Below, piece by piece: positions 20,962 to 31,829 of a stretch of 40,083 nt of DNA. The notes under the pieces were generated by a model. That model was not told where the DNA came from. It saw only the letters and a program-made list of their open reading frames with translations, and made no database searches. Location of the stretch: positions 56,784-96,866 of the forward strand of contig NW_008246101.1 of assembly GCF_000281045.1 (NCBI RefSeq). The letters are read 5' to 3'. The first letter of the stretch is position 1. Every line of letters starts with the position of its first letter. The position numbers were made by a program, and so were the translations under genes. The DNA comes from Saprolegnia diclina VS20 (Eukaryota).

Positions 20962-22992
20962 TTACGGCAACGCATTCATCCCGTACACGTCCGCCATGAC
21001 GTTGACGACAAGTTCCGAGAGGCTCGCATCGCTGGTCGCGACGCGCAAGAGCAGTGGCTCGAGGGCCATCAAGTACGGCCACGTGCCCGCGTGGAGCGAC
21101 AGCTGCGAGAGAAGCCCGACCGCCAGCCGCGCTGTCTCGGCCTATGCTAGTCATGAGCCACGGCGACCGCCAACGTTGACGTACCCGGCCACTGGCGACG
21201 AGCGCCCCGACCTTGTCCATGGCGTCCGGCTGGCGCGCAATCCACAGCTACGACCATTAGCACAGCCGTTCGCCACAGGGGTCGCGTACCCGCATCGCAT
21301 CGTTGGCCGACGCGACGTAGTAGAGCACCTGGAGCGCCAGATCCCGGACTTGAAAGTCGGCCTTCTTCGCATCGGGCGTCGCGCCGGCTTGGCGCGAGAC
21401 GAAGACCATGCCCATGTTGGCCCCGACGCGGTCACCTAGAGATGCACAATACTGTCCTTTGCCATGTGGACCGGAGATAGGCCGAACCAGCGCGCGTGGG
21501 CGACAGCGAGGCGTCGAGGTCGCGGCTCGTCGACGCGAGGGACGGGAGCAGCCCGACGTCGTAGCCGAGCTCTTCTTGCAGCGTGGCGGCATGCCCGTCC
21601 ATGCCGTCGTCCATGTCATCGTCATCGTCGTCGTCGTCATAGAGCCCCGCCGTGTCGTCGTCATCTTCGTCGAGATGCCCGTCTTGCCGGCGGCGGCTCA
21701 ATAGCGCCACGATGCTCGGTAGCGCCAATGGGAACCGCGCGTGGCCGACGACGCTCGTGACGCGCTTGGCGTCACCGAGGCTCGTGGCGAGAATGTCGAG
21801 CGACTGGAGCACGCGGGACCGGCGCGGGATCGACGCCGTGAGCGGCCGCAAGATCACGTCCCACTCGCCCGCGCGCATGCTCACGGCGTGGGCCATCTAC
21901 ACGTCGCCATCGTTGCTGAGCTCATATGGAGCTGAGCGTCTACCTGGACGAGAATGTCCATGGCATAGGCGACCGTATCGTCACTGTCGTCCGAAGCGCT
22001 CTTGAGGGTGGCGAAGAGCCAGGTGCGGAGCGTCGTGTGCGCTGCCAGCGGCGCTTCATTCTCGCGCACCATGCTGAGGTTGCGCACGATATTGAGCACT
22101 CGCAGGCCATGCTCCTGCTGCTGGGCCGCATCGCGCTGGTCCTACAGCCAAGTAATGCGGTTGATCGTCATGGCCAGAGGCGTACCGTGGCCGCAAAGAG
22201 CAGGACCGACGCTGGCGAGGATGCATCCGGTGTCGGCGGGAGCTGTCGGCAGAGCGCGTCGAGGAGCCCGGGCGCGTGGTCAAAGTGGATGTCGCAGTCC
22301 GCGTCGGACGCGTGGCCGTACGAGAGCACGGTGAGCTGGTTCAAGGCCCATGCAATGTGGTCGGGCAGCGTCGAGTCGAGCGCGAGCACGAGGCGGTGAA
22401 GCAAGCCCAAATCTACGTCGGCGCGTCAGGATTGTCGTCAAGACTCGCGTGCGTTGTACCTGTGAGTTGTTGTCGATGCGTCTTGAGGCGCTTGGTGACC
22501 ATGGGCAGCGGCGTGTAGCGAATGCTCGTTGTTGCTTGAATCTCGGGATGCGTCGCAATCGTCTCGAGCGCCGTCGGCCGGTGCACAGCCTTGCCATGCA
22601 CTTGTTGCAGCTCAAACGACCCGAGCCACCTACGCATCGTCGCACCTGCAACACCGTTCGGCAATGACGACGACATACGTGGCGTAAAGCTGCTGGAGTG
22701 CCGGCGCCGTCACCTTGAGCTTCATCGATGTGGCTACGCTGGACCAGAGGTTCTGTTCCGAGACGCGGGCGGCGCCGCCACGCGCGACGACCTCTTCGTA
22801 GAGCTGGACAATGTCGAGGAGGCGCGGGATGCTGAGCGTCGCGTCCGGTACGACGGGTAGCGGCTGCTGCTGCAGCGCAGGCAGCGCCTTCGTGTAGAAA
22901 GTGAGGAGGCTCTGGAGGATGCGGTTCTTCCCGGCGTGGCCCCGGCAGAGCAGCTGAAGCTCGACCCACTGCTTCTGCGGTGTGGCCTGCAT
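20962..22992 (-). CDS. ARID1: ARID1/Osa/Swi1-like SWI/SNF subunit (ARID domain plus BAF250-type armadillo region), multi-exon
   Basis: ARID: LLDIVQLYEEVVARGGAARVSEQNLWSSVA..LQQLY. Then HRLVLALDSTLPDHIAWALNQLTVLSY and LNIVRNLSMVRENE; final exon ETARLAVGLLSQLS..YLMALEPLLLRVATSDASLSELVVNVMADVY resembles the BAF250 C-terminus. Confidence 0.75.
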
Positions 22993-23086
22993 GCTCACTG
23001 GTTCGGATTCCAACACCGCGTGTGTTTTGTGTAAAATAGAATCCCACGGTTCTGCTGTATCCGGACGCATATTTTCGCACAGGAGC

Positions 23087-23366
23087 ATGGAGGCCGAGCT
23101 GGCACGGCTGGAGGCGCTCCGCGACTCATCGCGGGACCTCGTCGCGTACCTCGAGAGCGCGCGCGAGCAGTTTGACGCGATCCAAGAAGAGAACGAGAGT
23201 ACGTGCGCCCCGGCGACCGCTGGCTAACGCTGTCAACATCGTCGTAGAAGCCTTGCGCATCATGGAGAACTGGCACGCCGTCTTTGCGATCGCGAACGGC
23301 GTCGCCAGAATACAAAGCGCGTCCGAGACGTCGGGCGGCTTCTCTAGCGTGCCTGCGACGCCATAA
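23087..23366 (+). CDS. DAD2: Putative DASH/Dam1 complex subunit, Dad2-like (76 aa), 2 exons
   Basis: Exons 23087-23198 and 23248-23366; the 49-nt intron gtacgt..ctaac..tag has a branch site. Gives MEAELARLEALRDSSRDLVAYLESAREQFDAIQEENEKALRIMENWHAVFAIA.., matching the Dad2 EL..L...S..L...L...NW..V pattern. Confidence 0.7.
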
Positions 23367-23623
23367 GCCGATCCTTTTACGCTGCGTCCGGCGCTCGCCC
23401 AAGGGCGGGTTCACCTTGCCGAGCGCATACGCCAGGCCAGCAGTGCAGCCAAGGACGACACGCCGCACCACCTCTCGACACTACTAGCACTTCAACCATT
23501 CCAAATGCAAACAGATTCCACCAAGCGTCGTTGCATTCGAGTTGTACGGCGAGATTGGACCGCGATGTCGCCGCTCTCTGCCGCGCTGGCTGTGGCACGG
23601 AAGCTACTTCACGCTTGGTGCAT

Positions 23624-24534
23624 CTAGCCGTCTCGCTGAACGACGCAGAAGAAGCGCTTGAACGGGAAGAGCACGCAGCCGTCGGCCTCGATGGGATACG
23701 CCGCCGCAATCCGCGACGCATACGCTTGCAGAAAGGCCTCGCGCGTGGCAGCCTCGGAAATGGCATTGACGTACGGCCCGAGGCCCGTTGACGCCACAAA
23801 ATCGACGACCGGATGCTGCTGCTTGGTCGTAGCTAGCACCTGCGTGTACTCGGTGATCCACAAATGGATGGCTTCTGGGCGGTTGATGGCGGCAAAGAGG
23901 CGGTAGTAAGTCGACGTGTCTTGCTCGGTTGTCACCCATCGCACGCCCGATACATCGACGCCGACTGCACACGCGGCTTTGGGCATGAGCGCGTGGCTGG
24001 CTTGGGCGCGGGTGTCGGGCATCTGAAAGGCCAAGACGCCGCCTGGGAACATCGATCGCGCCAGGTGAATGCGGGTGGACTGTACCTGGCTTGAGGAGCG
24101 AAAAGAGCCGTGGCAGGAGGACCTTGTGTACGTCGTACGAGACCCAATGCAGCGCCGCGTTCGAGAAGATAACGTCGACGGGCTCGTCAACCGAGAAACT
24201 TTCAAAGTCGGCCTGCGTGTACTCGACGTTGTCGACGACGCCGGCGTGCGCGGTACGGGCGGACGCAAGCATGTCGTTCGACGAGTCGACACAATGAATG
24301 CGTGCGTGGGGCCAGCGCTCGCTATAGCCGCATCATGAGCGTCCGCTCGCGATGCAAATGATACCGCATGAAGGGCGTGATGTTGCCCGTGCCGCAGCCC
24401 AAGTCGACAATCGAAGCTACATCGTTGGGTGCGTGGATGCGCTGGAGCAAGTCGAGAGCGGGCTGGAGGCGGCTAGACTCAAACTTGAGGTAGTGCGATG
24501 GTGCCCACGCACGGGCGGCGCGCGTCGTGGCCAT
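23624..24534 (-). CDS. tam: Trans-aconitate 2-methyltransferase (bacterial Tam type), 3 exons
   Basis: WAPSHYLKFESSRLQPALDLL, VDLGCGTGN, ERWPHARIHCVDSS, FSNAALHW, GGVLAFQMPD, TGLGPY and AYPIEADGCVLFPFKRFF. Two 43-nt introns, 24322-24364 and 24043-24085. Confidence 0.9.
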
Positions 24535-25321
24535 CGTGCAAAATTGGCAAGTGCTGCCGACCGCTTTGCTGAAAGACCATTGGCTGAAATACTGCATTCC
24601 CACCCTTGATTGGTGCATTTTCGAGCCAACCTCCAAGCTCGGAACGGATCTTGCGACGCCAGCAAGCTTGGGTCGTCGCCAGTGTGATGTGCTATGAGAT
24701 GCAAGAAGACATCATACTAGAACTGCACGACGGGCAATGCTCCCCTAGTCGATGGGCTCCATTCACTACGAATGCAGTGTCCTTTATGACTACGATCTGA
24801 ACCTTAGTCTCTGCCTGCAACTTTCAACCACTTTTTCTCGGGCTCTACACCTCCAACGGCGACGCAACGTAGCATGTCGAACTCCCCAAAGTGTTGTCTA
24901 TCACTGTGCCAAGAATGAGCGATTCCATTTTCAAGTCGACTTTTGGCATCGCAGCCCGCTGGAATCGGCCCCGGCCGAGTGGTAGACTCGCATCAACTCG
25001 GATTGGCTGAAATTCAGAGCATTATAATTTATTACATTTGTTTCATTGGCGCATTCAAATAATTTTAGCCAATCCAACATCGTTGACCATGCTGGCACCG
25101 AGCTCAATCTCAAAACGAAACGTCGCGGCCGACTCTCGACAGTAGCAACGACCTCGGGACGATCGACGCCGGGATCGTTCGAGTACCAAGACAACTACCT
25201 ACCGGCGTGGGGCCACCGGCTTTTGTTGTCGACAAGTCGACTTTAGGAAATGGCGCCAGTAAAACACGACCAAACTCAAAATGAAACCACTTTGAGTAAC
25301 GCTTTGGCGACGAGATATCCG

Positions 25322-26812
25322 ATGATCCAGGCGTACGTGAACGGTCCGCCGGGCGCGGGCAAGACGACGCTCTCCAAGGCGCTCGCAGCGTCGCTCCACC
25401 TCACGCACCTCGCGACCGGCGACATTCTCCGCGACCACATCAAGCAGCGGACCGAGCTCGGCAAGGCGGCGAAAAAATGCATCGCGGCCAAGACGCTCGT
25501 CCCCGACGACATCGTTGTCGACATGATTGCTGACCGCGCGCTGCACGCACCGCACGGCTACATCCTCGACGGCTTTCCGCGGACGCCCGAGCAAACGCGT
25601 CTTCTCAAGCAGCGCGGTGTCTCGCCCAACGTCGTCTTGCTCCTCGAGGTATCATCATGCTCCCACATGTTGTGCTTATGTGCCTGGATTAGCTGCCGCA
25701 AGACGAGATCCACACGCGGCTGTGCGGGCGCCGCGTTGACCCGACGACGGGCGACATCTACCACGCCACGTACCAGGTGCCCACGGACGCGAACGTCGCC
25801 GCGCGCCTGCTGCACGTACGTCTCGAGCGATATGACTGTAGCTACAGCGCCGTTGGGTGTAGCGCGACGACGACCAGAGCGAGAAGATTCCGGCGCGGAT
25901 CCAAGCGTATGCGCAGTACGGCGCCGCGACGAACCGCGCGTTCACCAACATCGCGTACGACATTGATGCGGACCGCCCGATGCGCGATGTGGCCGCCGAG
26001 GCCGCCGACATTCTTCACTCCGTGAGCAAGGTGCAGGCCAAGCGCTCCGAGGTGTCCAACCAGCTCTCGGTGCAGGCGCCGCTGTCAGTGAAAAAGGTAA
26101 GTCTTTTCATGGCGTGCGCGTGGCTAAGCGACCGGTAGCTGGAGCCCGAAGAGTCGGAGGTGAGTCCACCAAAGGTTCGCGTGAGCCTTCGCGCCGAGAC
26201 GACGCGCGCCAACAAGATCGATGCCGAGATCCAGCGCATGGGTCTCGAGCTGCACGCGCCATTGTGTGTCGACAACAATCACCTCAAAGCGGTTTGTCTG
26301 ATTTCTTATTTCGATAGTTTGATACTGTGCGTAGGACACGGCCAAGCTTGTCGAGATGGAGCGCTTCAAGACGATGCTCATATCTGGCTTTGACGTCATC
26401 AAGCACGGACGACGCGGCGCGCCGCATACGCGGACGGTACGCCTGTGTGCTGCACCTAGCCCTACATCGAGGTATCGCTAGCTGTTTGCCGACGTCGAGT
26501 TGAAGCGGCTGTTTTGGCAAAAACCCGACAAGAAGGAGCTCAAGCCCAAGCTGGACCAAAGCATTGCACTCACCGATGTCATTGAGATTGTCCAGGGCAT
26601 GAAAACCGAGGTTTGTATATTTTATCTATTTTTTGTTGAATTTTTGTTCCTAATTATTATAGGTGTTTAAACGCTCGGGCGACTCGAGCAAGGCGGGCCG
26701 GTACCTCTCGCTGGTCGCGGACGATCGGACGTTGGACATTGAAGCCGTGACCGACGACATTTGCGGTCTCCTTGTGCTCGGTTTTTCCGAGCTTACGGCC
26801 CACGGCGACTAG
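25322..26812 (+). CDS. Adenylate kinase fused to a C-terminal PH domain, 7 exons
   Basis: AK motifs GPPGAGKTT, TGDILR, GYILDGFPRT, GRRVDPTTGDIYH and RDDD. In-frame splicing (introns 25649-25692, 25816-25862, 26097-26138, 26292-26334, 26437-26481, 26611-26662) leads to a PLC-type PH: GFDVIKHGRRGAPHTRTL..LFW..IVQGMKTEVFKR..LSLVADDRTLDIEA. An alternative ATG lies at 25250. Confidence 0.85.
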
Positions 26813-26871
26813 AGACGCCAGACGAACAACACAAACTCTATACACATACTACTTCTAATATCTCTATTCGG

Positions 26872-28526
26872 CTACTTGAACGGGCGCGGCATGCAGCCTT
26901 TCCCACCGGCGATGACGAGGCAGCTCGTCGCGTCAAACATCGAGAGGAGGCTCGCTGCGATCGAGTAGACAAGCACGACTGCACACAAGAGGAGGATGCC
27001 ACCACCCACATATGGGTACGGCGCGCGGTCCAGCATCTGGAGGCGGTGGAGGGCGGGCTTTTGGTTGGGCAAAAGCGCGACGCTTGCGCACGCAAGGAGC
27101 GTTGTGCCATAGTAAATTGCATACGTCGAAGCGACTTGGTGCCGGACGTGGTCCGAGTCGGCCACGATCGCAGCTTCGTCAACGTCAAAGTGCGCAAAAA
27201 TGGCGTTGGCGACGACCGGGCCAAAGGACGCCGGGAGGTTCGAGACGGTCGTCATGAGCCCGTACAAGACGCCTTCGTTGCCAATGTCGGCGAGCTCGAC
27301 AATGAGAAACGAAGAGACGATAAACTGCATCGCGTACGGGAGGTTCTCGGTCAGGGGCACGCCGAGGTAGAACCACTGGTTGCGGACCACATTGTAGATG
27401 GTCGCAAACTGCACGATGGCGTCAATGCCGTTGGCACTGAGCGTCGTGAGCAATAAGACGATATGCCAGTTCCACATGGTCCCGAAGCGGCCCATGACGG
27501 CGAGCGCGCCGGCAAAGAGGAGGTTGCCGCCGATCGTAACGAGCTGGCTGTTGAGGTTTTCGACGTGCGCCCAGTGCAGCATGACGTACGGCGCGGCCGT
27601 CGACGCCATGCCAGCGTTGAAAAAGTTGAAGAGAAAGTTGAAGAGCATCACTTGCCACGTCACGCGCTTCTGGACGAGCGCCCAGCACTGCGCTAAGTAG
27701 TCGGCAAACGTCACACGGTCGTGCTCGTGGTGCTCGTGGTCCGGGTGCGTCTCGTCGACGACAAAGAACGCGGTGATGGGCAGCATGATCGCACACGGCA
27801 CGAGTGCTAGAAGGACGAAGATCGTGTTGACGCCCATGTCCCACGAATAGTTGCCGGCAAAGTGGTTCGAGTTCAACCCGACGCCGACGACCGCGGCCGC
27901 GACTGCCGACGCCAGCGTCCGTGTCATGTACACGAGCGACTGCATGCGCCCACGCGTCGCCATTGGCTCCCGCTGCGCGATCGAGACGACGAGTGCGTCG
28001 GCGGGCACGTCCGCGACGACGTACGAGATGGTTGCGAGGCCGAGGAGNNNNNNNNNNNNNNNNNNNNNNNNNNNNNNNNNNNNNNNNNNNNNNNNNNNNN
28101 NNNNNNNNNNNNNNNNNNNNNNNNNNNNNNNNNNNNNNNNNNNNNNNNNNNNNNNNNNNNNNNNNNNGCAATGGGCACGCAGTCGGAGAGAATACCGACA
28201 AACACCTTGAGCGACCAGCCGAGCGTGAGGAGCGTCTTGGCCGAGTTGTACTGATGGCCTTGGACGTGAAAATAGCCCGTAAAATACGGGTATAAGAGAT
28301 TCGGGAGCGACCCGTAGAGCAGACCGATCGCGACGTACTGTGCGAGGAGCGCGAGCACGGCCGGGCTCGTGTACGCGGGCGCGCCACCCGGCCGCAAGGC
28401 ACCACCCAGTCCCGTGAGCCGAATGCTCTGGGTCACATCAAAGCTGGCCTCGGTGAACGGCGACGCAGACGAGAAGACGCCCGAGCGTCGCTCGTACAAG
28501 TCCAGGGACGGACGGACGTCGGCCAT
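26872..28526 (-). CDS. Folate-biopterin transporter (FBT/BT1, MFS) paralog, interrupted by an assembly gap
   Basis: LGWSLKVFVGILSDCVPI, ADALVVSIAQREPMATRGRMQ, ELADIGNEGVLYGLMTTVSNL and LLPNQK; colinear with the 33163-34893 gene. Confidence 0.88.
28048..28167. other. Assembly gap (120 N)
   Basis: Run of N inside the FBT gene; the flanking reading frames are out of phase, so the gap length is only an estimate. Confidence 0.99.
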
Positions 28527-29586
28527 CGCGCGGCGAAAAGTGGGCCAGCCGACGCAGGCACGCGCGCAGACTTTCCCAATACTGTCTCTATTCAACCTCC
28601 GGCATGCTGAACACACCGCCAACACCTTGTCTTTGGCGTGCATGCGCATGGCAGCTAGCAATATGCTCTGTTTGGGCTCTTTGAGCATCGACAGAGGTGC
28701 GCAGTTGGTGATGTCCTTGCCTGCTTGCATGCGTGTCATTTTCATTGAGACGATGCTGAGAAACGTCCGAAGTGAGCGCCATCTGCAGCAAAATCGTTAG
28801 GCTACCTCTACGTTGGCGCCAACACATTCTGCAAACGACACGAGGAGAAACGTTAGGCGAGCACAAGGCCATCTGCTGCATCGTGCAATGGGTGCGTCGT
28901 GGGTGTCGAGGCAGTGTATGAGGCAGCGCGCTCGCTTGTCGCCCTTGCCTCCCTGGCAGGCGCACGCAAACTCGACCGTCATTTTGAATGCGGCCATTAT
29001 GAAGGACCCGAGAGTCTCCGGGATCGATGAATGAAAGCGTGAGAGGAGCGGGTCGTTGCTTTTGCGCCGTGTCGCAGGCGCGTCGCATGTATCTTGCACC
29101 CATTTCAACGTGGCACACGGATTGCATTTAGCGGCTGTCTAGTCCACACACCTGTTTGGTTAAACGCGTTTTTCACGAGGGACTGGACGACGCACCAGCT
29201 CGACGCACCTGGGTTCCGTCGTTATCAAGGGCCAGGTCGGCGGTGCGGTATCATTGCTGAGCAGCGAGCTTCGCCCGGACAACCAAGGTTGGGTCCTTGG
29301 ACGGGCGACGTCGAGCGCGGACACATCTCATTTGGGCTTCAATCGTCTTTGTGAGGCCCGTTCGAGGGTCGTTGCGCTGGAGCCAAATCGCGCACCGGTA
29401 CAATCACGCGGATATCAGTGCACTGCGAGCATCGCCGTGGGTTCAACATGTCCATCATTCTGTGGCGAATCGTCTCGCATTGGCAGTTCTCAGAAGGACA
29501 GGTTGTCGATAATTTTTTCGACTCGGTTTCTTCTACTTGAAGGTGGCTTCTACTACTCGTACGTTCTCGCATCGTCGTCGGAGGTT

Positions 29587-30790
29587 TTACTCCACGGGAT
29601 CACTCTCCATGGATGGGTCGTCGTCGGTCGTGGCCGAGGCGGGTGCCGGTGCCATTTGAACATCATGAACCGAGAGATGCTCAAACGACTTGGTGGACCC
29701 ACTGCGCCGGACATGCGGGATGTCGTCGAGCTCATCTTCGACCGATATCTTGGTCGACCGGCGTCCTTCCGCCACTTTGGTCGCCGCCATCGTCGCACTT
29801 GCCGCCGGACCGAGCTTGCGAGATGGTGTTTGCTTCCATTCGTCGGTGTCGGGCGTGACGCTGTCCCCTTTTTTAGCAGGCGTGGGCGGCGACTTAGGGG
29901 TTTTGGACGGTACAGTGGGTTTCAGTGGTCGCGTGGGCGAGAGGCATTGGCACTTGAGCAGCCGAATGCAGCGGTTCTGCATGCCGTACTTGAGGATAAA
30001 GTCGTACGTGCCCATGCGCAGATAGAGGAGGTAGGTATGGAAGCCCGTGAGGGCGCCGTATGCAGCCCCCAAGACGAGGCAGACAAGGTTATGCAGCCAA
30101 AGCGCCGCCTAGTGCAATTATACACCCGTTGACGCATTCGGTACAACAGAAATAGAGGTTTTACGAGAAGGCCGTCCCGGTCCGCCGACGGGTGCCACCG
30201 GAGAACGTCGTCGAGCCAGTAGGTGGCGACGACAATACCGACAATCGCTTGGTACACCGTGGCGCTGGTGCCTGCGACGATCAAGAGGTAGAACGGCTCG
30301 TAGTTGGCCTCGCCAATGCACGTATTGAGCCTACGCACCGTTGCATTTTGCAAGTAAGAGGACGGTCCTACCATGTGCAGTGGTGGTCGAGCCCGGGGCT
30401 GTTTTTGGCGCACGCGCTGCAGTAGCGAATGGGCTTGGCCGGGACTGGCACGCACCACTTGCGGGTGGCGGTCGCTGCCGCGGGGTTGCGGCTCTCGCAG
30501 AGAAACCAACAGACGGAGAAGAGCCCCATCACAGCGACATACGGCAGTAGCACCCATAGCGCCTAGTACATCGACACGTTGAGCGGATGCAGGTCAAAAG
30601 CGCCAAACGCACGAGGAGGCCGTCGAGGCAGCTCACTGTGATGGCCACAAACGCCTACGAGATATAAAGTGGTGAGGAGGTGGCGAGACGTTTGACGTAC
30701 GGCAAAGAGGCACGGCTGCAGGACCCAGCTCGTGACCTGGTCCCTCGAGAAGGGCTGGTGCAGCCCGTTCACACGCACACTTGCATGCAT
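29587..30790 (-). CDS. DHHC palmitoyltransferase (zDHHC1/11-like), multi-exon
   Basis: RVNGLHQPFSRDQVTSW N-terminus, YCSACAKNSPGLDHHCTW|LNTCIGEANYEPF, FHTYLLYLRMGTYDFI (TTxE-like) and TM segments. Confidence 0.9.
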
Positions 30791-31220
30791 CGGATGTCAA
30801 CTGCTATAGTGGGCAGGAGGGTGCTAATATTAGGCGCTCGCCATCTTTAGCTCATTCTGTTGACTATTTAACGCATGTCTTTTTCATAAACCTATTTTGT
30901 CGAGGAGAGCCTTGCACTGTAAAACACAGGTGACAACTTGTCACGCCGCCAACACATTTGAAAATTGTATTGGCCTCCGCCATGACAAAAAATAATTACA
31001 CCAGCATACAAACAACAAGTATAGGAGAGAGAGACCAATCAGAAGCCGTGACAAAATGACAAGAGCATGCCATTGGCCAAGCTAATCGTACCTGAGTGAA
31101 TGGCCTGCCAGTCAAGCATTCGCGAACACGCAATTGACGACAGGTACATGCCGGCCGTGGCCACAGCGCCGCCGCGACTCTCGGGCACCGACCCCAATGA
31201 ATGTCAGCGACCATGACGCT

Positions 31221-31455
31221 CCCACGAGTGCCCACGAGCGCCCACGAGCACCCACGAGCGCCCACGAGCACCCACCGCGTGCCCACCGCACGCCTACTCC
31301 CGCGTGCCCACTAGCGCCCGCGTACCCACTAGCGCTCGCGCGCCCTCTGGCGCTCGAGAGCGCCTACTCTCGCGTGCTCACTCCCACCCACGCGCCCACG
31401 AGTACACGAGCACCTGCGCGCCCACAAGCCAAGCGCACGAGTACCCGCGCGCCTA
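31221..31455. repeat. Minisatellite: five tandem 10-mers CCCACGAGYR followed by degenerate copies
   Basis: 31221-31270 reads cccacgagtg cccacgagcg cccacgagca cccacgagcg cccacgagca; variants (cccactagcg, cccacgagta, cccacaagcc) continue to about 31455. Confidence 0.85.
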
Positions 31456-31829
31456 CATGCACCGATCGCGCTTCGCACCGCCGAGCTTCAAACCCGCGCT
31501 CATGGAGTCCCGCCGTGCGAATCCGCGCCTACGTCACCTTGGTGAAGAAATGTAAATTGAAAGCATTCTTTGAATCCTAGACCATGAAGGCCTCATGCAT
31601 AAGCTTGCCGAGGCCATCGTAGCGATCAGGAGTGACCACGCAGCATAGCCGAGGCAGTCGATCAGCTTGAAGTTGGCGTAGAAGACCGCTTCCTGCTACT
31701 CGGTCATTGGGATGACATGAGACTTCCACATGTCGTAAGCCGCCTTGTCTACTTGGTCGTACCGTAGCGTGGTTCCTATTCGTAGTTCGCAACGAGCCAT
31801 GAGATGAAAGGTAGGTAATAGCTATTGAT

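Noticed and set aside
27924..28745. ORFs reading through the N run and the frame discordance in the first FBT gene as pseudogenisation
   Set aside because: Explained by an assembly gap of estimated length; both flanks are intact coding sequence.
31221..31270. Short regular repeats considered as a CRISPR-like array
   Set aside because: Units are contiguous 10-mers with no unique spacers, there are no cas genes, and the context is eukaryotic.
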